Assembly: GCA_002633005.1 (NCBI GenBank)
Contig: NMRA01000379.1
Coordinates: 1 to 64,000, forward strand
Source of the DNA: Phoronis australis
Taxonomy: Eukaryota > Animalia > Phoronida
Length of the DNA: 64,000 nt
Reading direction: 5' to 3'
Shown here: positions 48,154 to 60,779 of the stretch, piece by piece
How positions within the stretch are numbered: position 1 is the first letter of the stretch
Layout: every line of letters begins with the position of its first letter
Program-made: the position numbers and the translations under genes
The notes under the pieces: model-generated
Told to the model about the DNA's origin: nothing
What the model saw: the letters and a program-made list of their open reading frames with translations, nothing else
Database searches by the model: none

Positions 48154-49017
48154 AATGCTCAACGAATCTAAAAGTTGACGCTGAGTGGGCGTTTAGGATG
48201 AAATTTTCCGAATAAAGGTCCACAACCTGAACATTTGACACCAAAAGTTGTAACACCTAATAAACGCCCATGGACTTTTCATCGGATGGGCTCACCATCT
48301 ATGGAAATATTCGTGTAAGCTAATTATGTGAATTCCCTAACTGAGAAACGTGGAGGAGAACGGGTTTGATAACCGCGCCTTTTCAACAGAATATCATGAA
48401 AGTCAACTTTCAAAACTTTTCTTCGTTACATCAGAAACTCGTCCGTTGTACTACACCTCGCATCCTGGATTGGTTTGCACAATACCCCTGTCGTAAAGAG
48501 TTCTGTTTATTATAGGAAGTCAGCCCTACAGTATATTGTGTATTGAAACAACTACCGCATTAGCGATCGCTCCACGGCAATAAAACAGGCTAAAATAAAT
48601 TGATACATCGTGGACTGGTGATTTTCGAACTAGGGTTCTGAATTCCTCTTAAAAAGTTAAGCTAGGTCATTTTGCTCGAAAAATAAGACAAAAATTAGCC
48701 AAAATTCCGGGATGCGCTAAGTTTCGGACCTCTGGTACCCGTTGATGAATGGTTTTAGCAACTCTTTGAATCGTGGTAGGTAATTGGCCTGCGAGCGGTT
48801 AGGCTAGACAAAAAAGCACGGGAACAACAATATATATGTATATTGGGACTAGCATAGTGTCTTTCAAATGTATTGAAGTGATTTATCGTAGGCCTACTAA
48901 AACTGCGATTAGAACGTAATTTATTAGCCTGAAACACTTTGAAAACACACTTTCTGCATTCCGGAAATTAAATTTGAAAATGCGTTATTAACACCTGTAG
49001 GATGACAAAAACACTGT

Positions 49018-49317
49018 ATTTATGGGGCCGTTCGATGACCCCACGCGGCCACATTAGTCGTAAAAATGCTTCGGGTCACTTGAGGGCTAAAATAATCGGC
49101 TCTGCGCAAGGAATAAGTACCCGTAAGTCTATTTGCAAACTTCAGAGCATGTGTCTATACTGTTCGAACCACATGAGCAAAATTTCTGTTTGGCTAAAAA
49201 AGTTATTATTTGTATTGTAATTATCATTATTATTGAACAATTTTACTATCAATGTCAGTTTGGCTAAAAAACTTGTATTTGGCCGACCGCGACATCTTAC
49301 CAGGGCGACGAACTAGT
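49018..49317 (-). mobile_element. Possible HINE/DINE-1-like element
   Basis: Minus strand starts ACTAG, contains (AAT)n-like runs and ends in the hairpin tggggtc-atcgaac-ggcccca then TAAAT. Confidence 0.35.
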
Positions 49318-49535
49318 AGTTTTACCATATTCCCAGCCGAAGTTTGAAAGTTTGAATGTTTAAATCTTTGGATGATTGACGGAATGATTCAATGATTTAC
49401 TTGCATGATTTCCAAAAAGTAACTGGAAAATAAGAGCAAAGTTTCCTACGGAAAGAAAGATGTCGTAAGACCTCGCAAAATCACGCGAGTACGAAGGCGA
49501 GTATGCTCAGGGTAGAGTTCAGTTATGCTAGGACT

Positions 49536-49645
49536 ACGCTAAGACCTCGCTTAAATCTAGCCAAAATCACGTGTTCTCATTTAAAATACATGACAATATC
49601 TCGCGTAATTTCACAAAGCCTTGATTTTTAGCGAGGTCTTAGCGT
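49536..49645. mobile_element. MITE core, copy 1
   Basis: Perfect 16-bp inverted repeat acgctaagacctcgct / agcgaggtcttagcgt; homologous to 56722-56829. Confidence 0.7.
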
Positions 49646-49853
49646 TACCTTACTCTGCCTAGGTGGCACCACGGTGACAGTTAGACCGTAGCCGTGACCC
49701 CAATACATTGTTTTGGGGTAGCTGGTTTTCGGACCGTTTAGAGGCATGCATTACAATATAGATTCGGCGAACCTGGTTTGCCTGTGTTTGGGAACATGTT
49801 GTGAATTAAAAAGTGCACCAGTTCTGAGCCGTAGATACACGTTTCTTCAAAAT

Positions 49854-49899
<46 letters not shown>

Positions 49900-52584
49900 N
49901 ATAGTAAATTTGCTTTCAGAATCTAGTTTTGGCTCGAGTCGTGTCGAGCATTGACAGAGACTGCTGGCGGTTTTACGCTGAAAAACGTCAATTTTGCGTT
50001 TCTTCCAGTTTTTCTCGGAGCCTCGATTCCTTTTTTGGTGGAAGGCAAAGGGCCACAAATACCATACAGAATAAATTTTGTGTTGTTATGTGTAGCGCTT
50101 GATGACTCAAAACATTTTGTTTTAACATTAGAGTTTCTAACAGAAGAAAGAGGGCACGTCCTGTGATATCAGTGTTCACTGTCGGCCAGACAAAACTAAT
50201 TGAGAACTGTTACACATTGCCTTTTCGGGAGTTTACTGACCTATACTTACAAAATGGCCACCACTGAAGTGATGGGTGACTGGAAGTTGAAGTACGTGTT
50301 GAATTATGGGATAACAGACACTTAGCGATTACAAAGTACGGTTTTTGTACTTGCTTAATAGTTACACGATATTCAATCACAAAATCGCTTTCAAATAAAA
50401 ATAAAGTCACCTTAAACCTTATAACCTAAAGCGAACTAAAATTTATTTGTATTAGATTTGATATATATGTAGTGTGATTTCGTCATTGATCAACGCATGC
50501 GCGTTCCTGAAAGATGAAGTCGAGCGAATTTAGGGGGACAAGCCTTCACCACGGCCCGTATACACGTTACTACCCCGCGAAATTTACCCTGAAACCTGAA
50601 CATCAACCAATTACAGGAAACCGTTACTACGGAAACAATAAGAGTCCGTTTTTTACTGGTCTGAAAGATTCACTTGTTACTCTGGTTTCAGTTATTTTTA
50701 CTTAGTTCCAGAAAACAATAGGTTTCTATAAAGTTATTTAACACAGAGACATGAACGGTTGGTTTTGGACAAAAGGTATCCTGAAATTTAATGCTTGGTC
50801 TCATCCTTTTCTAGATGCCAGTGAGTATCGGAGCCTCATACCGCTATACTGGCATATGTGATGCTTCACGCAACACATTAGAAATTATCCGTGGTAAGAG
50901 TGCCTGTGTGTGGTTGGAGTTCAGGTCCGGCGGTAGTGGTGCGTATTTTTGGCTACGGTAAAAGTGAGAACGGGTGTCTTTCACTGTTCAACATCCATCG
51001 ACATTCCATAGAGGAATAAGAATAAGCCACGTACTAGATTTTTTAAGTGACGGTGACACGCTCCAGACTGCCGAAGTATTTTACCGAGACCAGGCGTGTA
51101 TAGAAGCTTGAGCGCTGACAGATTTCTGTTTCAGAAGAGAACATTGTATCCATACCAGACAATACACCGGTACTGAGAAGTTGGTGCACCATCTAAAACT
51201 ATAAGGCTGACCAACTTCATTATCCCCCAGTTTCCTGTAAGACGTTCGTGTTATCATTAGGGTTTCTAATGACGCTCTTGGTGCCGGCTGCCATCGGTTC
51301 TGCACGTCTATGTAGTTGCAGAGTGTGACGTATGCTTCTTCGTAGGTGCCACACATCTACTCATGTTGAAGTGTGGACGTCTCGTGGAAGCAAGAAAAAC
51401 AGAGAAGGTTGCTGTTTGGGGAATATTGGAAGTGAAGTGAGGATGTTTGTGATTAGCAGAACTTGTTCTGCTTTGCCTTTGACCTCATAAGGTAGAACTG
51501 TCGTGAGGACTTGACAGGGACCTCATGAGTCTCACACTCCACTGATTTATATACACTAGCTTGAAAAGGCTTTGCCCAGTTACACATTTTGTGTCATAAA
51601 ACTGAGAGATAATCATACCTGCAGCTAATGCAGCTAGTAGAACTTGTCTCGTTTATCACATTGGTGTAGGCTCACAGAAGAACTGTGATTTTCTGTTGAG
51701 CCCAGACCGTCCGGTGGTGCACCATATACCAACTCCTGACGGTCTCTCACGACGATTTAGCGTTATGCTGACAGCATCTTGTTCTCATCTGTACGACAGA
51801 ACGATAGCCATGGGAGCTGGGGAGTAAGGTAGTCAAAAATAGAACCGAAGCTTGCAGCCCAACCTCTTTTAGTTCCAGAGGCTGTACAGACGATGCGATA
51901 TCAGGGATTTCCGAGAGAAAAACTACCATTTTCCCACAGTGATTTCCTATTCAAACTGCCATCCAGGGGATCCTTACGAAAAACATTGCAGGATTCGTTT
52001 AGTTTGCTGCAAAAAGAGGTTTTCATTTGTTGGCAGCTTCACGAATGTAAAGGAAATCTGTCGATGCCGGAGTTTAAAAGCGACATGCTTCAAATACCTT
52101 AACGGCCCTCTTTTAAAGAACAAAATTGAAAGAATAGTTACATGTGCCAAATATGCAAAACGATACTCATCCCGAAAGAGCTTCCATGGTAACTTCGAAA
52201 GTTTTATCTGAAAGAGGGGTTTTCTTAATTGAATGGGAATTTTTTTCCAAAACCATCCTTTACAGAAGCTGACAGGCATGAACTTGCCCCAGTTCTGGAG
52301 CATAGATACAGTTACACAAGCATCCACACTCGTCGGAAAAACCAGACTGGGGTTAATACTGGAGGGCATTGACAGATCACTAGAGTCCCTGATGACGACA
52401 GCTTCAAAGATCAAAGTTGAATGAAACTCTAACAATTGTGGTTCCACAAAATGTTTCCAAGCCAGTTTTGTTCTCCCTTAACCACATATATTCACCTATA
52501 ACACGTTTCCACGTATCACTCCGGCTGGTCTGCTAACTCAGCTTGTCCGGAACCTGCTTCGCAGGTTGTTATAGCCCAGTTGGC

Positions 52585-52745
52585 TGTTTGATTTACCCAC
52601 TTGGTACTTTATTATATGATATTTGCCCATTTGGCAGTTGTACCCATTTGGTACTTGTTATTGAATTTGCCGTTTTGCTCGACCCAGTTGGTAGGCAATC
52701 GGCCAATACCCATTTGGTATTATGTACCCATTTGGTACTATGCTA
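52585..52745. repeat. Cluster of cccatttggtac-like short direct repeats
   Basis: About 6 variants of ccca(t/c/g)ttgg(t/c)a; may be transposon subterminal repeats. Confidence 0.6.
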
Positions 52746-53188
52746 ACCTGTGCCACTTAGTATCCCATACTCAATTACACATTGGGTATCGTAAATGTGT
52801 GTGTTGTCTCTTGTAAGATTCATTTGTAGAGCTGTGACCCTGAAGTTCCCAATACAACCTAAAATATATATTATTGTTGTTGTTTTATTTGTCCCCAATA
52901 ATGACTGAATAACTGAAACAGCACGTGTTCTAGAGTTCAGAATGGTGAACATATTTTTTAAGGCGAGATAAGGTGTTTCCTTGAAAATCCAAGGCTCTCA
53001 AACATAAGAACTAATCCGACTAAAAGTACGTTGCTTGACATGTTTGCGAGATTTGTAGCAGGATCTACGGCAATGTTTTTACTCAGTTTTGTCATTATTT
53101 AGCCAATCGTCCCATGTAAATGAACGTCTATGCACAACGAAGTAATGCAATTTCCCCATTGTCACAAAATCCGCGCATCAAGCACAAG

Positions 53189-54319
53189 CTAATATTTTCC
53201 ATTGCTTGACGAATTCATGTCTTGACCGAGTGAACACGTGGTCGCAGTAGAACTGCGGCGTGAATCCGACGAAAAGGTAACGGTAAACGTCGACCTTTTT
53301 GATTCCAGTATACGCTTGTTTTTGCGACAACTCTTTGTGAAGAGCAACTTTACTTGTTTTCTAAACTTGGATCCCATGATTACATAGATAAAAAAGTTGA
53401 CAGCAGAGTTGAATATGACGAGCATATTACTGAGGATATTGAAGTACCTTTGCGGCAAAGGGTCCAAAGTATTTCCCGTTGCGTACTGCAGGTGGTTCAC
53501 GCTGATCGGGATCTGGCAAATGAGGAAAACGAGAATAATCGAGCATAACATGGCAGTAATGCGATTGCCTGACGAGGCAATAGTGGACAGGCTCACACCT
53601 AGGTGACGGCGTCTCGCTTCAGCTCCAGCTCTGATGGCGTGAACGAGTCTAATGTTGATCACAAGAAGGATAACAATCGGCAGGAGATAGATCAAGATGA
53701 TGTAAACGCACGTCATCACATAACCGTAAACGGCATTTTTGCCCAACTTGTCCTTTTCAATAACCGTTATCATTGAGTCTGTGCAGTAGTCGTACCGTTC
53801 TGTAGTTTTTGCTGTGAAGAATCGTGGAAAGTTAACGCCAACCCCAACTAGAACAGCTGCAGTTATCTGAATTTTCACCATTCGTAGGTCACTCCAGTGT
53901 CTCGAGTGAAGTGGCCAGCAGACAGCTATGTAGCGGTCCACAGCTACCAAAACCACAAAGAACACGGAAAGCGTTTGGAACATAACACCGAGCGGATACT
54001 CCCAGACGTCGACGTAAGACACTTTATCGAAGTACTCTTTGAATGCACCAGTGTATGGGTAGATTGACCGAAAACATTGAAACAGAAGTCCGTGCACCGC
54101 CAGGTACAAAAAATCCGAGACCGCTAAACATGTTAGCAACAGAGACGTTGTGGAATATTTTTCTCTTGAAAACGCGATGACAGATATGACGTTGCCAACC
54201 ATTCCTACCACACACAAAAAACCAACGATAACTGTGTCGACAATAAATGCAAAAAAGTCAGCATCAATCGTTTCGTTGGGATCGGGGCAATCCACTGAGA
54301 TATTGTTGGGAAAATCCAT
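53189..54319 (-). CDS. Class A GPCR, FMRFamide / sex-peptide receptor-like, 376 aa, intronless CDS
   Basis: First in-frame ATG at 54319 (MDFPNNISVDCPDPNET, two N-glycosylation sequons); seven hydrophobic segments with GN, LAVSD, DRYIAVCWPL, NFPRFF, LLP..IL...N, FLICQIP and NSAVNFFIY (NFxxY is typical of this family); Ser/Thr-rich tail; acceptor at 54542; candidate AATAAA at 52889. Confidence 0.92.
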   Translation of the reverse strand: MDFPNNISVDCPDPNETIDADFFAFIVDTVIVGFLCVVGMVGNVISVIAFSREKYSTTSLLLTCLAVSDFLYLAVHGLLFQCFRSIYPYTGAFKEYFDKVSYVDVWEYPLGVMFQTLSVFFVVLVAVDRYIAVCWPLHSRHWSDLRMVKIQITAAVLVGVGVNFPRFFTAKTTERYDYCTDSMITVIEKDKLGKNAVYGYVMTCVYIILIYLLPIVILLVINIRLVHAIRAGAEARRRHLGVSLSTIASSGNRITAMLCSIILVFLICQIPISVNHLQYATGNTLDPLPQRYFNILSNMLVIFNSAVNFFIYVIMGSKFRKQVKLLFTKSCRKNKRILESKRSTFTVTFSSDSRRSSTATTCSLGQDMNSSSNGKY

Positions 54320-56721
54320 CGTTACCAAACTCAGTACTTCCCATAAAATGTCAGCCAAGACGTTATCGACAGTGCTCGTGAACACGTCTTTTACCTGATG
54401 GATCAAGAACGCAGTTAGTAATGAGTTTTCAGCCCACCTAACCCATAACTAACACGCGGTACATCTTTAGCGGCAATAAATTGGGATCAACAGACCATGG
54501 CGGCCTTGTAACGTATTCTCTTGTCTTCGCGTCTCGTCGTTCTGAAATAAGAAGTATACGTTGGTTAAAGATTTAGTAAATGGAGATACAAAAGTACGTA
54601 ATTCAGTAAAGGAAAGTGTCGTAATGTAAACCTGACACCTGTTGCAAAATGGCGCCCAAAATACGAGCTAATCCTGTTTTCGGAGTTTGATTAATCTTGT
54701 CTATAAATGTTTGAACCTCTTGTGTTACGTGTACGGCGAACTACAATACCGTGATTAACATGCCCTCTCATATGTTACTGCTTTACAACAAAGAGTTTAT
54801 AAATTTTCATTCTTTGTAAAACACAGGCTATTCTTGGAACTTTCAAAGGTCACCCTTCGCACGTAAACTTGTAAAATTGTTTTCGTTTCTGGTACCTCAA
54901 ATATAAGCTCTCGCGAGCATTCGGAGTCGATATACGGAAGTGTGCTAGTGACATCGACAAGCCGTAAAAATCATTGTGGGTCAGTGTCCTCTATTTAGGA
55001 GTCTAGTTTGCTGAAACTCAGGTATGTAGTATTTTAGTAAATTTTAATGAATGCCATTGTTTTTGTCAATCATTGGTATGGATAGTCATTTATAGTTCAC
55101 TTATGTTAATTGATAAATGAATAATTATTTCTTGTCACTAACACTTAATGCATAATTCAAGGAGGTTATCCATCAGTGCTGCTATATAGGGATTAAGGAT
55201 CAACTCAAGTAGGGATGTACGGTGTAATTTTTATAATGCATAACGCAACAAAAGCATTAGTTCACAAATTAAAATCTGTTTTTCATTAAGTTCTATAACT
55301 ACAACAATACAAAGGTACTTACCTGTAGTTACAAATAAAGCCAGCCAAACCGTTTCGCCATGGTATCATTCTGTTGGTGAGTTATGCGGTGCACTGACGT
55401 TTTATAGCTGTTGTTATGTTGATGGCTGACCATCAGTCATCCAAAATAGGCTTTTAACTATCGTCTTTAATGTTTCGAAGCTCGAAATTAGAGAGGAATA
55501 TTTGCATGTTTTCTGCTTGACGGGTGAAATTTTGTCACGCAACAAGCAATTTATTGAACAAATATCTGGGCTTTAAAGTAGGCCTAGTTCTTGATCAGCG
55601 AAACGCTGTTGAGTTTTTAAAATGACTTCGTGGTCAACACTGGGAAGTGTTTCGTAGTCACTCGCGATCCACTTGCAGAGAGAAATTTTTGCTTATGGAA
55701 CGGAAACAGAAATCCCACATTCCATCGTCACGGTGGCATTCAACAGTTTTTGCTAATTTGGGGCTTAAAACACTAGATCAACGGAGCCTCACCTCTCTGT
55801 TGCACGGGTTGTTAGATATAAAATATGAAGAGCAAAGTGGTTCAAAGACTTCAAAAACAGTCCAACAAAACCGATTGCAAAACTTTATTTTTGGATTTTT
55901 TACCACTCTCGCAAGTGCAACTGGTAAAAATACACCAAGTTTTTACCCCGAAGCCACCGTTCGTATGCGATTATTATGAACTGAGTGGGAGTAGCAATGC
56001 ATTCAGACTCTCAAAATCCTTCCGGTTATAGAACTCAGACGAAAGGTGTAGGCAACTGGGCTTTTCACAAATCCGAAAAATACCTGAATTTCTGTCTAAG
56101 TTTCTTCTTCACACTTGCTTGTAGTGAAGGTTTAAGAAAAGCCATGCGTGAGCACAAATGAACCAATTAAAGGACCAATAACTAGCATGCTTTTAATCTG
56201 AACAGACTCAAACATCAAGTAGTGCCATTCATACATAGCCTTCATAAAAATGCCCATTTCGCGATTTTGAATGGAAATGGGGAGGTAAATTCAATCGTGG
56301 CTAAAAAACAATTGATCACCACCTCACCAACCAATCACATCAGCCGGCATTTTGTTAACGGTATCTGCGAATTCGTCTTCCGGTAAGCCGAGAATACAAT
56401 CAAGTTCCTCACTGCGTTGACATCCTTGACGTACATGTAAGTTGATACATGGACATCGGACATCAATATAAAGGAGAGAATTGATGAGACGAGGGACCAG
56501 TATGTGCTCTTTTGATTTTGGGGAGGCCAGCCTTCATTGCTAAGTATCTCGACGTCATTTATACGACCAGTCATGTGCCAGAATGAATCGGAGCCGTCTA
56601 TAGACTTTACTATATGGTACAATTCTGGTAAGATTACAAGCATACTCGCGAAACACTCGCCCTTTACTCATGCGATTTTACGTGGACATGCCTGGCGTGC
56701 GTTCAATAGACGCGAGGACCT

Positions 56722-56829
56722 ACGCTAGGACCTGGCTAAAACCGTCAAAGTCACGTGTTCTTAATTAAAATACACGGCAATATCTCACGTAATCGCGCGA
56801 AGTCTTGCTTTTTAGCGAGGTCCTAGCGT
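56722..56829. mobile_element. MITE core, copy 2
   Basis: acgctaggacctggctaaaa / ttttagcgaggtcctagcgt, same interior as the copy at 49536. Confidence 0.7.
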
Positions 56830-57195
56830 TACTGAACGGGAGGCTGGTTTTGCCTTCCGTGGGTTTCTTGCGCCTGCGCCCAAACGCACCCCTGGTTCAA
56901 GTTCCGTACACGCATGACACTCACCGCTGCAAGATCTCGCGACATGTCGCCGAAACCACGTGACTGCAATAGCTTTACTCGGCAGTTCTTTTGCCTTTAC
57001 GATGTGAAGCAGCTGGTTATGTGATGATGAATGATCGTCAAACTCAAAGAGCTGTTGTTACATGCATTTATAGATTCGATTGTGCTCGAAATGTTAAAAT
57101 TAAATATAAAACCAGAACGTCCTATATATCGATTCCATTAGCTCAGGGATGAACAAGTTTTGGACGGCAACCCAGTAGTGAAGGTAGATAGGACC

Positions 57196-59067
57196 CATTT
57201 GAAATAAAAACACGAGCAAAATATGTGCGGCTTCCATTCTTTGAAGGCTATATGCAGTTAGCTAATAACAGGGTAGCGTTTTCTAGTCACATGTGTACAA
57301 GTGATTTTGATAATTTTTGTAAATGCTATCTAGAAGACGTTGTTTTTGTTTTGGCCTGTCGACGTATCAAACAATGTGAAGGCGTTTGATTAGTCTGGTC
57401 ACGTGAACTGGGTTAGATATTCCTATCCCTAAAACCTTTAAATTTAAACATTTTAACTGGCGCTTACTGGTGTTGCAAATGCAGCTACTCATTTCAATTA
57501 GTGAAAGTACAGGTCGTGAAACATCGTTAGACCTGTTCTAATATGATTTATAGTTCCGTAAATAGTTCTCGTTTACGTGAATGTCACGACGCTGTTTCGT
57601 GACGATTGTCATGGTACACGTGGATAGTCTTCGAAAAAATAGATGCGACGAGGCTTATAACAATAAATAAAGTTATGAATGGAATACAAATCGAAAAGTC
57701 TAGTTAAGTGATTAAGAAAGTTGTTCGCAGGTAAACCTGTTATATGCAGGTTCTCACGTTTTTGTTGTCAATGTAATCCTGCACATGCTCAATAGGGCTG
57801 ACCGTAACACTGATCATGTTTAATCTTCAACTCAAATGTTTGCAACCTTGGTTGCCACCTTGTCCTGCAGCATGTCACACATTTTGTCGGATTTTTAATT
57901 ACAATTTATAGTGTCGTTCGTCCAATAAACAGTTCATTTAAAGTGTACGCAACACGACTCTAGTACCTCAAAATAAATTTTATTGTTATATCTTACTTGA
58001 TTTCAGTGCCTTTAGTGAACAGCTCATAAAGAAACACGTAAAAATTGAAAAAATAATAATTATGTACAACGTCATGGGTTGAACCCAAGTCGTTCGGCAC
58101 ACTGTTCGGATCAGCAACTAAGTGTATAGAATGAAGTGAAAGTAAAGTATATTTAGCGTCGAGAAGGTTCGTAGAGGGATGAAAAGATGTGTTTGCGGAG
58201 GCTGCAGCAACAGCAGTCAGGTGAGAACGTCTCGGTGTTCCAAAGGACGCCAAAGTTGCGCAGTAGTGGCATCGCTTCGTGCGCCGAACGAGAGTGTGGG
58301 ACCTCAGCGTGGACCANCATTTGAAATAAAAACACGAGCAAAATATGTGCGGCTTCCATTCTTTGAAGGCTATATGCAGTTAGCTAATAACAGGGTAGCG
58401 TTTTCTAGTCACATGTGTACAAGTGATTTTGATATTTTTTGTAAATGCTATATAGAAGACGGTGTTTTTGTTTTGGCCTGTCGACGTATCAAACAATGTG
58501 AAGGCGTTTGATTAGTCTGGTCAAGTGAACTGGGTTAGATATTCCTATCCCTAAAACCTTTAAAAGTTAAACATTTTAACTGACGCTTACTGATGTTGCA
58601 AATGCAGCTACTCATTTCAATTAGGGAAAGTACAGGTCGTGAAACGCCGTTAGACCTGTTCTAATATGATTTATAGTTCCGTAAATAGTTCTCGTTTACG
58701 TGCATGTCACGATGCTGTTTCGTGACGATTGTCATGATACACGTGGACAGTCTTCGAAAAAATAGATGCGACGAGGCTTGTAACAATAAATAAAGTTATG
58801 AATGGAATACAAATCGAAAAGTCTAGTTAAGTGATTAAGAAAGTTGTTCGCAGGTAAACCTGCTATATGCAGGTTCTCACGTTTTGCTGTTGTCAATGTA
58901 ATCCTCCTGTACATGCGCAATAGGGCTGACCGTAACACTGATCATGTTTAATCTTCTACTCAAATATTTGCAACCTTGGTTGCCACCTTGTCCTGCAGCA
59001 TGTCACACATTTTGTCGGGTTTTTAATTACAATTTATAGTGACGTTCGTCCAATAAACAGTTCATTT
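57196..59067. other. About 745-bp near-identical direct duplication around a single-N join; probable uncollapsed haplotypes
   Basis: 57196-57939 versus 58318-59067; copy 2 starts immediately after the N at 58317. Confidence 0.85.
57940..58316 (+). mobile_element. Left end of a THAP-domain DNA transposon (possibly Kolobok), truncated by a contig end
   Basis: Starts after TTAA with AG; from 58179 MKRCVCGGCSN, then after frameshifts NVSVF and PKDAKVAQ*WHRFVRRTRVW, the C-x-C, P and W signature of THAP. Confidence 0.6.
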
Positions 59068-59229
59068 GAACGTTACATGTATATGATGCTACTGGAGCGT
59101 CATCTGATAGCCTTACAAACTTCAAGACTAAAACACCTACACTCAACAGCATGTCATTTTTGCATTGCAAGAACACGCCATGAAAACGCTTAAGTACAAA
59201 TCCCGGGGTTTTTAGTGTTTGAGGAGTAA

Positions 59230-59537
59230 TAATAATAATACGTTTATTTGTATTGAAGGCCTCTGGCCCAAAGTACAATAAACAAAACAATTAATCCGGC
59301 ACATTTGCACAAGCAGTTGTTCTCGTCTTTTAAGGGCAAAATACACATATTTAACAGCAGATATATCTGGATTAGCGAGCAGGCGTATACAGGATTCTTG
59401 AGTTGGATGCCTCCATTGAACTTCCTTCATAAAACGTGACCTAAGTTCACAATATCCCTTGCAAACCAACAGGAAATGGTATTCATCCTCTACAAGACCA
59501 TCATTGCAAGCCAGGTGAGGGCGCTGCTACATAGGCA
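59230..59537 (-). mobile_element. 308-bp 3' fragment of a LINE (RTE-X/L2-like) with a perfect TSD
   Basis: ACNDGLVEDEYHFLLVCKGY..LR on the minus strand, AATAAA and (ATT)n tail; 14-bp TSD tgtttgaggagtaa at 59216 and 59538. Confidence 0.85.
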
Positions 59538-59624
59538 TGTTTGAGGAGTAAATGTCTTACTATGACCCAATTGGCACACACTTTCGTTATGCACCGTAAC
59601 TTGAACTTCGCAATGACCTACACC

Positions 59625-60160
59625 CTTGTATACGGCTAAATCACGTACCTTATCGTGATTATATGCTCATTTTTTCTAATCAAGTGTTTGACGACATAAG
59701 CAGTGTTTATCAGTTTATTATTGGCCAACAATGGAAGGTATGACCGATTTTTGCAAGGTACTCGAGCGATTTGTCTGACAAAAGTGATGGCAATGAAGTT
59801 GAGCGAATTGGAGCGAGTACGGGAGCAAAGTAGCTACGTGTTCGCTTGATTCAGCTGTTCCGGCGTCTGCTGAATGGACGGTACTTGGAAGTGAGCCTGC
59901 CGTGGCATGTGTAACAATTGAGCTAGTAAACCTGTACGAAAATCTTGATAAATGCAAGCTGCCGTTTGTTTTTATTCGAACTTTTTAGTTTCCGTTGCTG
60001 GGAAAACATATGTGGGGAATTTTGAAGTGATTACTGACGACGTAAAACTGGAGGTTCCCCGGTCACTGATAGTCGATACACTGCTTATGACGTCAGACGC
60101 ACTGTTGTGACCTTTCCAGCTTATCGGGGGCATTTGCGCGTGAAATCCAATTTAACAGAT
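59625..60160. mobile_element. Non-autonomous element with subterminal inverted repeats
   Basis: tgacgacataagcagtgt (59689) versus acactgcttatgacgtca (60078), 17/18 match; outer boundaries approximate. Confidence 0.45.
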
Positions 60161-60692
60161 GTGAATACTAGAAGCATGTTTCCTTATAAGTTGAAAACCG
60201 GGCTGGAGGCAGAATTTGATGAGCAAAGTTTGCAAACTTAGTTTTGAGTTTTTCAGGCTACCTATTCAGGAGCGGATCCAGGATTTTGAGTTAGGGAGGC
60301 CAGGGCACAGGAATAACCAGAATTTCGCTACATGCGCGCGCTCAGCCTAAAATGTTGTAATGCAGGGGTCTCGAATTTTTGGGTTTGTGGACCTTATTAT
60401 TAAAAAAAAACAAAAAATGGTAAACGGGGTTTGTTCAAGGCCTATGCATTGTGCATTCGCCCCNTTTAGCATAAACAACATGGCTGTAAAATTAAAAAGT
60501 GTGTGCATTTTTTCAGTTAGCACTACATACTGCTAAAAGTAATGAACATGTTCACATGGACTGGTCTTATAAATGCATAGGTTAATTAAAACCGTTACCA
60601 AAATCCCAAGAAATAGGTACCTTATCAACAAAACCCGTCATTGTCATAGTATTGCTTTGTTATGGATATAGATTCGGTTGTTAATGCCACTT

Positions 60693-60773
60693 TTTCTATC
60701 TATTCCATTCACTGTAAACAACAGCACACATTTCTATCTATTCCATTCACTGTAAACAACAGCACACATTTCT
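60693..60773. repeat. 38-bp perfect tandem duplication
   Basis: tttctatctattccattcactgtaaacaacagcacaca at 60693 and 60731. Confidence 0.95.
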
Positions 60774-60779
60774 TCTATT

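Noticed and set aside
49855-49900. Poly-C run as a G-quadruplex or poly-Gly coding element
   Set aside because: Homopolymer ending at an N contig join; its length is unreliable
51081-52447. Several overlapping 60-157 aa ORFs downstream of the GPCR
   Set aside because: No recognisable motif or consistent exon structure; could be decayed coding sequence but cannot be supported without BLASTX
54320-54406. N-terminal extension of the GPCR ORF from a TTG start
   Set aside because: Non-ATG start from the ORF caller; the ATG at 54319 gives a normal glycosylated N-terminus
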